Assembly (NCBI GenBank): GCA_001655205.1
Contig: LPNZ01002774.1
Span: forward strand, 1 to 32,485
Origin: Lenisia limosa
Taxonomy: Eukaryota > Protista > Breviatea
DNA length: 32,485 nucleotides
Direction: 5' to 3'
This document shows positions 12,401 through 23,400 of the stretch, in pieces. The position numbers and the translations under genes are program-made. Under the pieces are notes generated by a model. That model searched no databases. It worked only from the letters and a program-made list of their open reading frames with translations, and had not been told where the DNA came from. The number at the start of each line of letters is the position of its first letter. Positions within the stretch are counted from its first letter, which is position 1.

Positions 12401-15400
12401 GTCTGTACTGGGCCTCTCGCTTGAAGCTCCACGAAGACAGTAACAATAAGGTCGCATGCCTGGCGTCACCGATGGTCGAAATTTGCCAGTACGCTCCACT
12501 ACCTTCATACCCATCTATCAAACACAACTTTATAATGTAGTTCAAATATTTTGATAGTTTGTTAGTAATAGTATGTATGATATGATATGATATGGCATTC
12601 CACACCGACCTATCTAACACTTAGCCCCTCAACTTGCGACGCATCTAAGTGCGTAGCCGTTCAGCCCGCTACNNNNNNNNNNNNNNNNNNNNNNNNNNNN
12701 NNNNNNNNNNNNNNNNNNNNNCCGTGTCCGAAGGTCATGCATTTACCGTGTGCTGTAGAGGATGGTGGGGGCAGGGGCAGTTCTCTCTCTCTCATATTCT
12801 CCAGTTTTTTTTTATTAGCATATTGGTAGAATTCTCTCGTGTTGGCATTGATTCCACTGACGTGTTAGGATGGCAGTTCTTCAGTCCGCGCCACGCTGTT
12901 TGTCCTGAGCACGTCTACTCTGTAAACGTCTGTGGCTCTTTTTGTTGTCGCATTTCTTTCTCGCAATACGTGCATACTTCATAGAATGGACCATTATCTT
13001 CATCGTTTATGTTTCCTGTTTATTGCAGATATCCTATCAGTTTATTCTTTTAACACCAGCAGCATTTGAGACGAAGGGTTGATCCAGCCTGTTCCATAAG
13101 AGGACTTGTTGTTGTCGCCGCCATAACGGAAGAGGCTGCAAGGAGCTATGCTCGGTATGAACTTACCACCCGTTTGTTAGCATCTTTTCATTTGGGGTAT
13201 TCCCATTGCATGAGCAACTTATCACATAATGAGATATATGTACATACGTAAATGTATTTCTATTCTCATATTGCGTACCACATCCGTTGTTATCGAACCA
13301 GCCTGATCTCGCGAATGGCGCACAACTCAATAGGGCGCTATCGTGACTCACTGTTCACTGTCTATGATGCCATTCCAGGCACCAGAGTATCAAATTTGGT
13401 GAGAGTGATGGGCATGGGTTCCTTTTGATTCTGGAACCTTTCGTGCGACTTTCCAGTTCCTGTTCGTGATTAATATCGTAACTTCTGCAGGTGCTGCAGT
13501 CTTCAGACGCGTCACATGCCTTCAGCGAAGAGAACGGTGTCCCCGAAGCGCTGGTCAGAAACAAGCTGTACGAGGCAGAAGCCAAACTCTCCACTTTCGG
13601 TAGGGGGGTAATAGTTGGTAAGGAGAAGACTGTACTATTGTTCGTTCAGCACCCCTCTTTCCTGATGCCATTAACTGGAAAAGGTCTCCGGTCTCCCAAC
13701 GGCGTTACAATCTTATCTCCCGGTCGCATTGTCTCAGGCCCTCACGCCAAACGATGGAACTACAGGAATACCATCAATACACTTGGTAGGACGTAGCTTT
13801 GGTTCAATGGGTATAATGTTCATTTTATTGTGATGGGATGCGGTGCTGCAGAAGCGNNNNNNNNNNNNNNNNNNNNNNNNNNNNNNNNNNNNNNNNNNNN
13901 NNNNNNNNNNNNNNNNNNNNNNNNNNNNNNNNNNNNNNNNNNNNNNNNNNNNNNNNNNNNNNNNNNNNNNNNNNNTGTAAATGGTCCTTTTCGCCAGTTA
14001 AAAGGTCTACTCGCGCACTCTTTGTCATTCAGGTGTATTGGGCTGTCCATCATGAATCCTCGGGTGATACACTTATGTTCTTTTCCTGTTACGCTCATTC
14101 CTGTTTAACTTCTTTAGTGTATTTCGAAGTCCAACGCTGCTCTCCCTGACTTTTGCGTTATTTCCAAATGCTCCCCTGAGACACCCGATACCTCAGGGTA
14201 AGCTGTGTTTATTGGCAACAGTTTGTGCATTATTTCTTTCCGAACGAGTGTGAATATGTCTTTTGATATTACCACCCTCTGGATGTATGAAGTGTTTTGG
14301 ATGAGTGGTCAGCTGATAGAAAACAGTAGTAGTCCGTTAATGTAATATTTGCCTCTCTCTTTTAGTTTGTTCTGTAGTTCACGGATTTCACCCCCACAGT
14401 TCCGGAGTGATCACGGCGGCGTCAACGGTGACGTCATCATGGGGCCATGTTCAGACATACAAGGGCGCCGACGCCACCAAGGACGAAAGGACACTCAGCA
14501 GTGGGGGGGGGGGTCATCGCCGTTACTTTTGATTCGTCGTGCGTTCTATTGCTTTTTTCCCTTGGTAACACAACAGGCATTGCACAAGAGCGTTACGATT
14601 TCTTCCACGCCAATACGCCCTGGTCTGGCCCCTGGCTCGAGAGAGCAGCAAGAATGATCGACAGTCGAACTGGTCTGCTGCATTTCCGTGTATTTGTCAT
14701 ATTATCGTAGCGGCTTTTAAGGTTTTCTTTACGTTTGATGTCAGGGTGTCTCTTTTCAATCCTCACAGTTTAGAAATCATCACTCGGCCTGTTGTGTCAC
14801 ACAATCGAAGCGAACTCTGCATCAGAGACCTCAACAAACTCTATTTGGAGCTCAACAACATCGACATTGACAAGATAGGACAGGAACCACGCGAGGTTGC
14901 TGAAGAGCAGGCAAAGGACTCAGATGAGTGTCCAATTGAACCTCCCACTGGAGAAGATGAGTGTTCTCAAGTTGACAAAACAGAAGAAGGCCAGACAAAC
15001 AAACCCCCACGCCCTTCCACGCCTACCACAAATAGCAGTAGTGACGATGACGCGTTCTATACTCCCGACCCGCCGGACAACTCCCCAGTCTTCGTGACAC
15101 CCAGCAGCCAGTCACCGTTAACACCAAAGCCGGCACTGGACGACATTGCCAAGCTCAACATCTCCTCCACGCCCTCATCTCCGCCGTGCCAGCTGTTGCC
15201 AGTGAGCCCTGAGCCGCAGCTCACGTGTGATACTCGAGACCCTCTAACACCTTTGAAGCAACACGATGTTTCCTCATCCCCTCCTGAAGACAGCCCCGCC
15301 ATCACTGTAGAGGAGAACGTAGACCCTGCGCAGGCTGAAAATGACGAGCCGATTGCCCTTGATGGAGAGAATGACGAGCCAGTTGCCCTTGATGGAGAGA

Positions 15401-18225
15401 ATGACGAGCCAGTTGCCCTTGATGGAGAGAATGACGAGGCGACTGTAGTTGATGGAGAGAAGGGTTCCAAGCCAAATGAACAGGTGGATCCGCTACTCGA
15501 TATTACAAATTTGCTTCTGAAGAACCCGGAGGTTGGGGGAGGGTGTTATCCAAACGAACATTGGTAAAACCTGTATACACAGAGTTGTAATGCAAATGAT
15601 CCATTAATATAAGACAATAATGCAATATTTCTTATAAGCATGATGGTGTGGAAGGCTTTGACCAGTTACAGCTTTTTTTTTTTTTTCGCATCTCTTTATG
15701 ATTGATATATACACTGTCAAATATGACACGTGGGTGTGGTCAATTTAGCGCCTCATTGTGTTTTAGAGTCTAAAATCTGAGTAGCAGCCAATAATGTACT
15801 TTCAATATCATATTTATACACATTCACCCAACGGCCAGGTTCACACCCCTCACATTATTAGTGGAACGGCCAGGTTCACACCCCTCACATTATTAGTGGA
15901 ACGGCCAGGTGTCCCACGATTACGCAGTGGACGAAATGTTGAAAGCAGGCCCATGGTATCGAATTTCGGTGCTGCATTTCGAAGACGACGAGAACCCTGT
16001 TGTCTACCAGGTATGGCAATACAATCCCAAAAACGATATTATCTGTCTTTATTTTTGACCAAAACGAATCACCGATTTGTGTAGATGTTGTTTCTGCCGC
16101 AAGTTATAAAGTGAACATAGAACAATGCAGATAGTTGACAGTTTCAGGGGACTTCGCTCACCACCATTTGGAACAACATCCTCCAAGACGTAGCGGAAAT
16201 CAACAACAGTCCACCGCCGTCCCCCCAGGTGCGGAGGCTATAATGCAAGGATTCTTCAAAATAATGGACTGTAGTCATTTTTTTTACCTGTTTAGACTGA
16301 GGTGCAAGTGCGGAACTGGCTTGGCCTTGGAGGGGTATGAGCGGATTGTGATGCTCGATGTGAACTTATAGTATTCATTCTAGTATATATTTTTTAGAAC
16401 TTATTGTGTGATGAGATATTCTACCTTGTTAGCGGCTAACGCGACCAGGAAATGCATCGAGCCTTAGAACACTTCGATGGGGCCGATAGCTTGACTCCAC
16501 ACTACACGCCCAAGTTTGCTGTTGCACCAAAACCGTCTACTGACTCCATTGGTATGGGGATTATCAGAGCAATACTCAATTATCTCTGTTTTTGTTTCAC
16601 ACCATTCTGATATTACATCATAGCAGCCACATCATCTGTAGCCTTATTTCCGTCTATGCGAAGGCTTTTTTTTTTGAGGAAATTCTGTCTAAAAGTAGAT
16701 TTATTCAGAAGGGCCCTTCACCTCCCCCCTCCCCTCCACCAGGCGACTTCAAGGTGGATATGGACCCTCCAATCCCGCCCAAGGACCAGTGCTCACGGAC
16801 AGCACCGTATAAGAAGCGAGACGCGTCAGAGAAGGCACGGTTCCACCCCGTTTGTTTCGGTGGGATCCTGTTCCTCTGACATCTGTTGATCCTTCAGATA
16901 TGAAGTAAAATTAATTTCATAATTTGTGATTCGAGATTGCTCTCAGCACCCAAAATGTTTACGATTACAGGCTCCACACAGAACCCTCACGCTTGGAAGT
17001 TTGAGAACCGTGAAGTGCTGCACGAGTACTTGAAAGTTGCTGAGAAGGTGGCGCCGACGCACAGCTCTGTAAGCACCGGGTCAAAATGGGCAGGACAAGG
17101 CAAATTCAAGGTTTTGCTTTTTTGAAGCGTTGCGTTTTGAAACTGTCGAAAAGAGACATGATTACGTTTCGTTCCCCTCTTTGTAACCAAACTGCAGCAG
17201 TTGGAGTCGACGTTTGAGGGCAGGTACCAGACTTTTGTGAAGCATCGCGCGGCACTCCTTCCGAGAATACAGTCTAGACGCTCTCCGATCCATGCCTGGG
17301 GAGTGCTGACATTGGCGCCTCTTGTCAAGGGTGAAATCGTAGGGGGTCGTTTGGGTTGATGGAGGACCGGGAGTTGCTTGGTTTTGATTGAACCTCAAGA
17401 TCATCGAGTATGTTGGTGAAGTAATCAACAACAAGACATGCGAAGATCGCGAGTGTATCTACCATGAAACTGGCCAGGACTGTTATATGTTCCGTGTGTC
17501 CGACGACCAAGTCATTGACGCTACCAAAATGGTGAGGGAGCTGACTAACAACTTTCCTCTTCGACTTCTTCGCATCCCAGAGTAGCTTCATGTCTTATGA
17601 TATGCATCTTTTTTAGATGAGGTTTCTTTGCTTTGCTATGAAATAGACTTCCATGATATCGATATTTATAATGATTTCATCATTTTGGATCTCCTGAAAA
17701 CCCTATTTGTATAAAATTATTATCGTATGTTAAGTCTTTAATTGGGTTCAAGAGGAGAATGTGACATTCTGTAGGGAAATATGGCGCGGTTCCTCAACCA
17801 TAGTTGCAGCCCAAACTGTCAGACAGTTGACATCTGCGTCAATGGTGTCAATCGCATCCTCATCACAGCCAATCGTGACATCAAAGCGGTGGGCTAGAAT
17901 AGAGGGCACATGTGCAGTAATGATAACTAATGGCTTGAGGCTTAGCTTGGGCTTTACTTAAATATTGGTATTTATCGAGGATTTTTCGAGGATTTATCGA
18001 GAAATTCTTTGGGAACGTAAGGAAGCCAGAGGCTTTGTGTTCTGTCTGGTTGCTGGAACGTTTGGTTAATAGTGTGCTAATAAGGTCTTTGAGCGTTGGT
18101 TCAAACAACTTATGATCACTTTGCAGTACGAGGAACTGTGTTACGACTACCACTTCACGGAACACACCTTCGAAGAGCGAATGCGCTGTCTCTGTGGAGC
18201 TTCAAATTGTCGCGGGTTCATCTAG
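9483..18225 (+). CDS. trx: Multi-exon Trithorax/KMT2A-B (MLL1/2)-like histone H3K4 methyltransferase
   Basis: ATG at 9483 (MSDVDADVPTPRSS). PHD1-3 include CALC...LMCCECSLVFHITC, LMCDCCDRAYHRGC and MIQCEKCDKWVHIECDG...LYDVLSDFP...YFCPSC. ePHD, FYRN, FYRC and a WIN motif follow. SET exons 17198..17338, 17400..17531, 17775..17888 and 18127..18225 join in frame: RSPIHAWG...IIEYVGEVI...CYMFRV...[21 protein letters not shown]...EELCYDY...CLCGASNCRGFI, TAG. Exact orthology is not established. Confidence 0.92.
10021..11323 (+). other. PHD finger cluster (PHD1-PHD2-PHD3) of the KMT2-like gene
   Basis: Three C4HC3 fingers spread over about six exons. The third closely follows the MLL1 PHD3 pattern (CPVCRRLYNE...MIQCEKCDKWVHIECDGI...LYDVLS). 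Confidence 0.88.
10248..10292. repeat. Intronic direct repeat (agcc-T6/7-ggaacgcata x2)
   Basis: Read directly. Confidence 0.9.
12187..12357. other. Assembly gap (N run)
   Basis: N bases. Confidence 1.
12358..12920 (+). other. Extended PHD (ePHD/PHD4), interrupted by assembly gaps
   Basis: QVHPSCLYWASRL, KVMHLPCAVEDG and GWQFFSPRHAVCPEH match the H-x-x-C-x-x-W, HxxC and CxxH pattern of the MLL ePHD. Confidence 0.75.
12673..12721. other. Assembly gap (N run)
   Basis: N bases. Confidence 1.
13690..14200 (+). other. FYRN-like domain
   Basis: GVTILSPGRIV...NTINTLG and a downstream CISK...PDFCVIS resemble FYRN (GSLxIHSLGxIV...YPVGY...CxI...PxFxV). Confidence 0.6.
13857..13975. other. Assembly gap (N run)
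   Basis: N bases. Confidence 1.
15337..15456 (+). repeat. Coding 30-bp tandem repeat x4 (ENDEPIALDG, ENDEPVALDG x2, ENDEATVVDG) in an acidic, Pro/Ser-rich low-complexity exon
   Basis: Read directly in DNA and in ORF 14746..15567. Confidence 0.95.
15830..15910 (+). repeat. 35-bp tandem repeat (2 full units plus a partial) spanning a 3' splice site
   Basis: aacggccaggttcacacccctcacattattagtgg x2, then aacggccaggt. CAG|GT falls at AG 15837-38, 15872-73 and 15907-08. Confidence 0.95.
15909..16551 (+). other. FYRC-like domain
   Basis: Exons join in phase as WYRISVLHFEDDENPVVYQ-GTSLTTIWNNILQDV...-VRNWLGLGG-EMHRALEHFDGADSL, matching the FYRC pattern S..xW.xIL...xLG...VxxLIExLxGA. Confidence 0.65.
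16790..16810 (+). other. WDR5-interaction (WIN) motif, CSRTAPY
   Basis: PPIPPKDQCSRTAPYKKR aligns with MLL1 PPLNPHGSARAEVHLRK, just upstream of SET. Confidence 0.75.
17260..18225 (+). other. SET and post-SET domain
   Basis: RFLNHSC, ELCYDY and CxCx4C are intact, and exon lengths (132, 114, 99 nt) preserve the frame. Confidence 0.95.
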
Positions 18226-18335
18226 GTTGCTGGAATATTTGGAATTGATGTGGGTTCGTTGTTTTTGAGTGGGCAAAGGGGGCGCATTTCTGATAAACTC
18301 CTTGTATTATTGCTGACACTTTAGGTATTTCAAGT

Positions 18336-20427
18336 TTAGTTTATTGTATTCTTATGGTGTATATTATTGAATTTAAATTGTATCCTATTATGTGGTTCAT
18401 CTGTAGAGGGTCAGAAATGCCTCTCCAGTTACCTGAACAATTTTTTGGAATTGTGGAATTGACAGGCGGGCAACTTATTAGCAATTTCCTTAACCAACAC
18501 AAGAAAGATCAGCTGTGACGGTGAACATCATTATTAAGGTCAGATCATGAACAAGCCAATTTACAATAATTAGAATAAACTTCACTTCACCACTGCTGCA
18601 TCGTTTTTGGGTAAGTGAGAATTGCGGTTGTTAACACAGTCTCGAAAGCGGATCTGCTATTCCTCTTTTCCGTAAATGTTTTCTGTGTTTGTGTTGTGAC
18701 AGACATTTCCAAATAAGGAAATATGCTCTGAAAAGAGGCCCAAGATTGTAGGAAGGATTCTGAGCGGATACCACTGCAATTTTAGTTTTAGCCCTGTTGT
18801 TAATAGCATACATTCATTCACCTTTTCGTTGGTGTTTGTTAGGAATTTAGGAAGGAACAGTTTGAAAGAAATTGACCTACCATGAAATGCCCAATATTAG
18901 CAGACAAACTGAACGAATCTTTATCAAAAGACTTGAAAGAAAACTGCGATATGAGTGTACAATTTTGAATGGTTTCTTAACTATTCAGGTATATTTTTCC
19001 ATTCGCGCACTCGCTTGAGACCACATCATATAACCATTCCTTCAACTTCACTGAGTTTGGTATGTTTTCCGGGTAACATCCTATGAATATGTTAGTCTTC
19101 TGTAACCGTTTAGACTCCGTAAACCATCGGGCAATTGCCAATAAACTCCAGCGAAGGGAGTTTTCTGTGTCAGACAACCTAGTACTGTTGATCTAAAAAT
19201 GGTGTTTATTATATATGGCTCTATTGCTTAAGTATTGAAGTGAACAAATTACACTGTACATAATTTACATTGATCTTCACGAACCATGACAAACTAACAA
19301 CAGACAGCGCTTCTGAACGTCTCCTCAACCCTGGGCATTCTGAGTGTCTCGTTAATGAGAGTCTCATTGTTAATCCCTAGAATTGTTAGATTTATCATGA
19401 CAACATGGAGAGCTTCTTGATATTCCGATACAACAACATACAAATTGATAGATAACAACTTACCAAATTCCATGAAAGGGTTGTTTTGGTAACAGGCGTG
19501 TTGTAGTGATTTGGAGAATGGCATAATAATAAATCTGAGGGATTTAGATTTTACTCTAAGAGTAGACAGGCAAAATGGCATCTTTCAAATTACTTGCTCA
19601 TTGTCAGGTTATTTTATCTGCAATACAAACAATAAAAAAATAGAGTACAATGTATAAATATAAATACCTTGTCTCCATACCTAAGTTTAAGAGAAATATG
19701 TTTCAAAAACCATGATTTGGACTCATCCCTCTGGGCTTCCTGCCAATATGGCTGCATTTCCTCTTGTTCCAGCTCGATCCATTTGAAGGTTTGGAGAGCT
19801 GGCATGAACAGGTAGCTGTTGAAGATCGTAAAATAATTGGTTACCTACCTTTGTGAGGCCATTTTAACCAGTAGCTGAGCTCTGACAATAGGGTCATCTT
19901 GGGGTATTAGCAAAAAAATATTAGCATCAAAATAGTTTGCAAATTTTCAATAGAAAACAACGCGTTTGTGTTGAAAATACTCATACCGGTTGTTGGTAAG
20001 AGCGAGGTGTATCTGAAGTGTTTTTGGATATCAGAAGCCAAAAATAATTTGAACACTAATTCACGAAAATCTTTCCTAGAACATAAGTTTGCACGGCGGT
20101 AATGTGGCAAACAAACTTATTGACTTTGTCAGTGAGAAAGTTCATATCAATGTGGTTCAGTAATTTGAACATTTGACTGCAGCTGTACATGGTTAGCACC
20201 TAAAGTAATAAACAGGCATAAGGCGTTTTGATACGTTATTATGATGATAAGCAGGCACATGACATCTTGATACATTATGATGATTGTAAAATTAATTTTT
20301 TATAACATTTAAGAAATACTTACCGTGACGCCAAAGTACTCTTGATCAAGGGGATGGTTTCTTGCATAGAGCTCTTCTGCTGGGAGTCTGAAATGTTGGA
20401 GTTGATGGTACAATTCTTGATAATCAT
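18336..20427 (-). other. Degenerate protein-kinase-like (TK-like) domain, probably catalytically inactive
   Basis: Motif relics appear in kinase order: FRLPAEELYARNHPLDQEYFGVT; KDFRELV...KHFRYTSLL; LRFIIMPFSKSLQ; SLLAIARWF...IFIGCYPENI...VKLKEW; FMWYPLRIL...LFSEHISLFG; FETVLT...TYP; IPKNCSDE; PHNRIQF. There is no HRD or DFG. Confidence 0.55.
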
Positions 20428-23400
20428 CTATCATATATTACTTGCATTGGATGACAGCCCGTAAATGTAGATCCCCAGCTTACCCGAAATGACCAACTTC
20501 CAATGCTGTTAATGCAACAAGAATTGCCAGAATCTCGACGTCAGTGTAGAATCTGAAAGTTCAATACACCAAACATAATGTCTAGAATAGTGAAAGCAGT
20601 TTTAAGAAAGACTAAAAGGATCGAATACGAGAATTACAATGTACATTTCATTATCATCAAACCCTGGTAGAACCTTGCTCGCGGGTATTGTCTCTACTTA
20701 TCAAAAGACTTACTTGGGACTCTCAGAAAAGACAAGGCCGAAGCCAAAGCTGAGAACCTTAGCTGTTAATAATTACGAAATCATGACACAAAACATGTTC
20801 ACTTATGTCACTGCAAGGGTCGTACCTGTGCAGCCCTTGTTGCACAATGGAACTTATTATTTTGGTAACTCGCCTCGATGTTCAATACCCAGGACCTAAA
20901 TATTTGAAATTAACTTGTAAATTGTTTGAGGTTTACCACTTATTCTCACTCTGAACAAAATCCCTGGTTTCGCTACCCCAGGCGGCGAAACCGGTGGTTT
21001 AGAAACTTTATTCTCAACTTCCCTCCTACAACAATTTTTGTTGGTCAACAAGAGAGGACAAGTTCCAGTATGATTGGTGCATGATTTGAGCGAAAGTATG
21101 TGTTAGTACATAGTCTTGAATCATCAGCAAACACAATAAGGGGCCAACCAGGGTCAATAGAATGGATGATAAAAGGGTCGAAGTCAAAGCTCAAACATTT
21201 AGCAGTATGCTTTTGGATATCTAGCGAAGACCTTCAATGTTTAGGGCAAGATACAGTTTACATACACACATACATATTCCATAACATTTATGAATTTCCC
21301 TAACGTACATGTTGCGAAAGTCATTTGCAGAATTGGATGAGTTAATTCTACTAGGTAACAGGGATGTTTTATAAGTTTTAGTTATGTGCCGAAAACAATC
21401 ATTGTTAGAAGAAAAAGTTTCACCGCGTACAAAGCTACTGTGGGTTTGAGCACAAACTGTAACTCGCCTTTTTTATTCCAGTCCATAAACCACCATTCTA
21501 CTGGTGAGTCTTTCAGTGGAACTGGGGATTTCTAGTTCATTAGCATTTGAGTCATAAAATCGATATATATATAATATATAGTATATAATATATAATATAT
21601 AGTATATATACATATGATATGATAGTACATACAGTATACCCCCTGATATGAACTAAAAAACCATAACTAACGGTGGAGCCAAGAATAACAGGTTTGCTCT
21701 CTGCTACATAGTCCATTGCATGTGAACTTCCTGAGTAATTACTCAAATGGCTCCTTATATTTGCTTCATACCGTCGTCTTCATTCAGTTGGAGAAGGTCA
21801 ACTCTCGGCAGCCCTAAAATATCAATAAAGTGCTTATACGTACAGATAAAATTTTTAATGTAAGAATCAAAGGTTAACATGTGATCAACATAGACACTGA
21901 GACACATTATTTCCAATCACTGTGAAGAACGCTCATGATGACTCCACAGTGTCGAAGATTACGTTTCTGAGTTGGTTTGCCCAAACGAAGATCCTACAGT
22001 GCAAGAGTATAGTTAAAGAGAGCAAAATAACAGCGTTCTCTATGTCTTCACACAATTTACCTACTAACCTTTAACAGTGACGTTAGCTGGTTTTTACATA
22101 ATTGTAAATGTGTTTCAGGGGAGCTTGTGAAATCAGCCTTGAAGAGTTAGTTGCAATGTTTCTAGGTACAGAACCTTCATAAATGCCATTGACTGTCTTG
22201 TCTTGCTGCCTCGGAGATATATGTGTAACAACACAAAGCCTTAAAGGTGAGTTTGCGAATATCCTACCAATCAGAAAGAGGAATATCATAATTGAAATGC
22301 TTGCTATGAGCATCGAGATGCTGTTCTATTGTGTGAGCGCTGGAATCTGTCGCACAAATACGGAGATATTGTCTTTGTATTCAACTTACATCTTCTTGTT
22401 CTCCAACGGCTGGAATATTGAAGGTAAAGTTTCCGCTGGCTTAATGGTTAGATAGGATGATGGATCCGAGACATCAAATATTACATCCAAAAATATTTTT
22501 ACTTCAATGCCAACCTAAAAGTATGTCTTTGTTGTAGACGAGGATATTGACAAAACAGGTTCCGTCACCAACTACGTCATATCCTTATGGGTAAGCTTGT
22601 TTGTTCAAAGTCTGAGATTTCTAGCTGAGTTATCTACGATATCACATTTCATCGTACCAGAGAGAGACATCGAGCTTCGGGCTCCTTCAAAATGGAGAAC
22701 TTCATCTTTTGGAAATATATAACGTATTTTTGTAGGTGATAAAACCATCTTTCTACTGTAGCCTTTACGAAAGCTAATTCTGTTGTTGTAAAACGAAGTA
22801 AAAAGAATTGAAAAAGTAAAACGCGATGCAATTGTGATTTTGTATTTAGATGGGTAGTGCCGACAAACTAAATGACTCACTTAATGGTTGTGGAATTGCT
22901 GTTATAGTTGACCAAGTCACAAACTTCCACATTGACTTGAAAAGGATTTCTTGTTGCAATGTTAACTATTGTCTTTTGATGAAGAATCAAGTCTAAATTC
23001 CTGAATTTGTGAAAAAGAAAAAACTATCAGCTTTCTGCTTTCCTCTAGTATGCGATTATTTATCAGTAAAATCTATCACTAAAACTATTTGAGTCTCAAA
23101 ATGGTATCATCACTTTAAAAGATGATACTTTTTCCATTCTATTCCGAAAAAACCAAATCATGAATAGTGTATATCCAACCTTCCCAGGTGACTGTCGTTC
23201 TCATAAACTGTTGAAACCACTACAAAGTAAAACGCCAGTTTACAATGCATGCCTATTGTCCCACAAACAAGTGCCTGTTGAATATAAGTTCAGATTAAAG
23301 TGATGTATCGCAACCTTTGAAACGGACCATCTTAAAAGTTAAATTTTAATTGTTGCCTCTGGGCGCCTACATATTCATCCGAATGAGATTGAGTTCTTCA

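Noticed and set aside
12079-14149. Several ORFs spanning N runs
   Set aside because: They are artefacts of X translation across assembly gaps. The gaps all fall in one gene, but nothing in the flanks indicates a cause.
15057-15470. 137-aa minus-strand ORF with SSFSPSRATG repeats
   Set aside because: It is the antisense reading of the 30-bp coding repeat in the KMT2-like exon.
6509-15910. 29-35 bp repeats resembling CRISPR repeats
   Set aside because: Units are contiguous with no unique spacers, there are no cas genes, and the context is eukaryotic and intronic.
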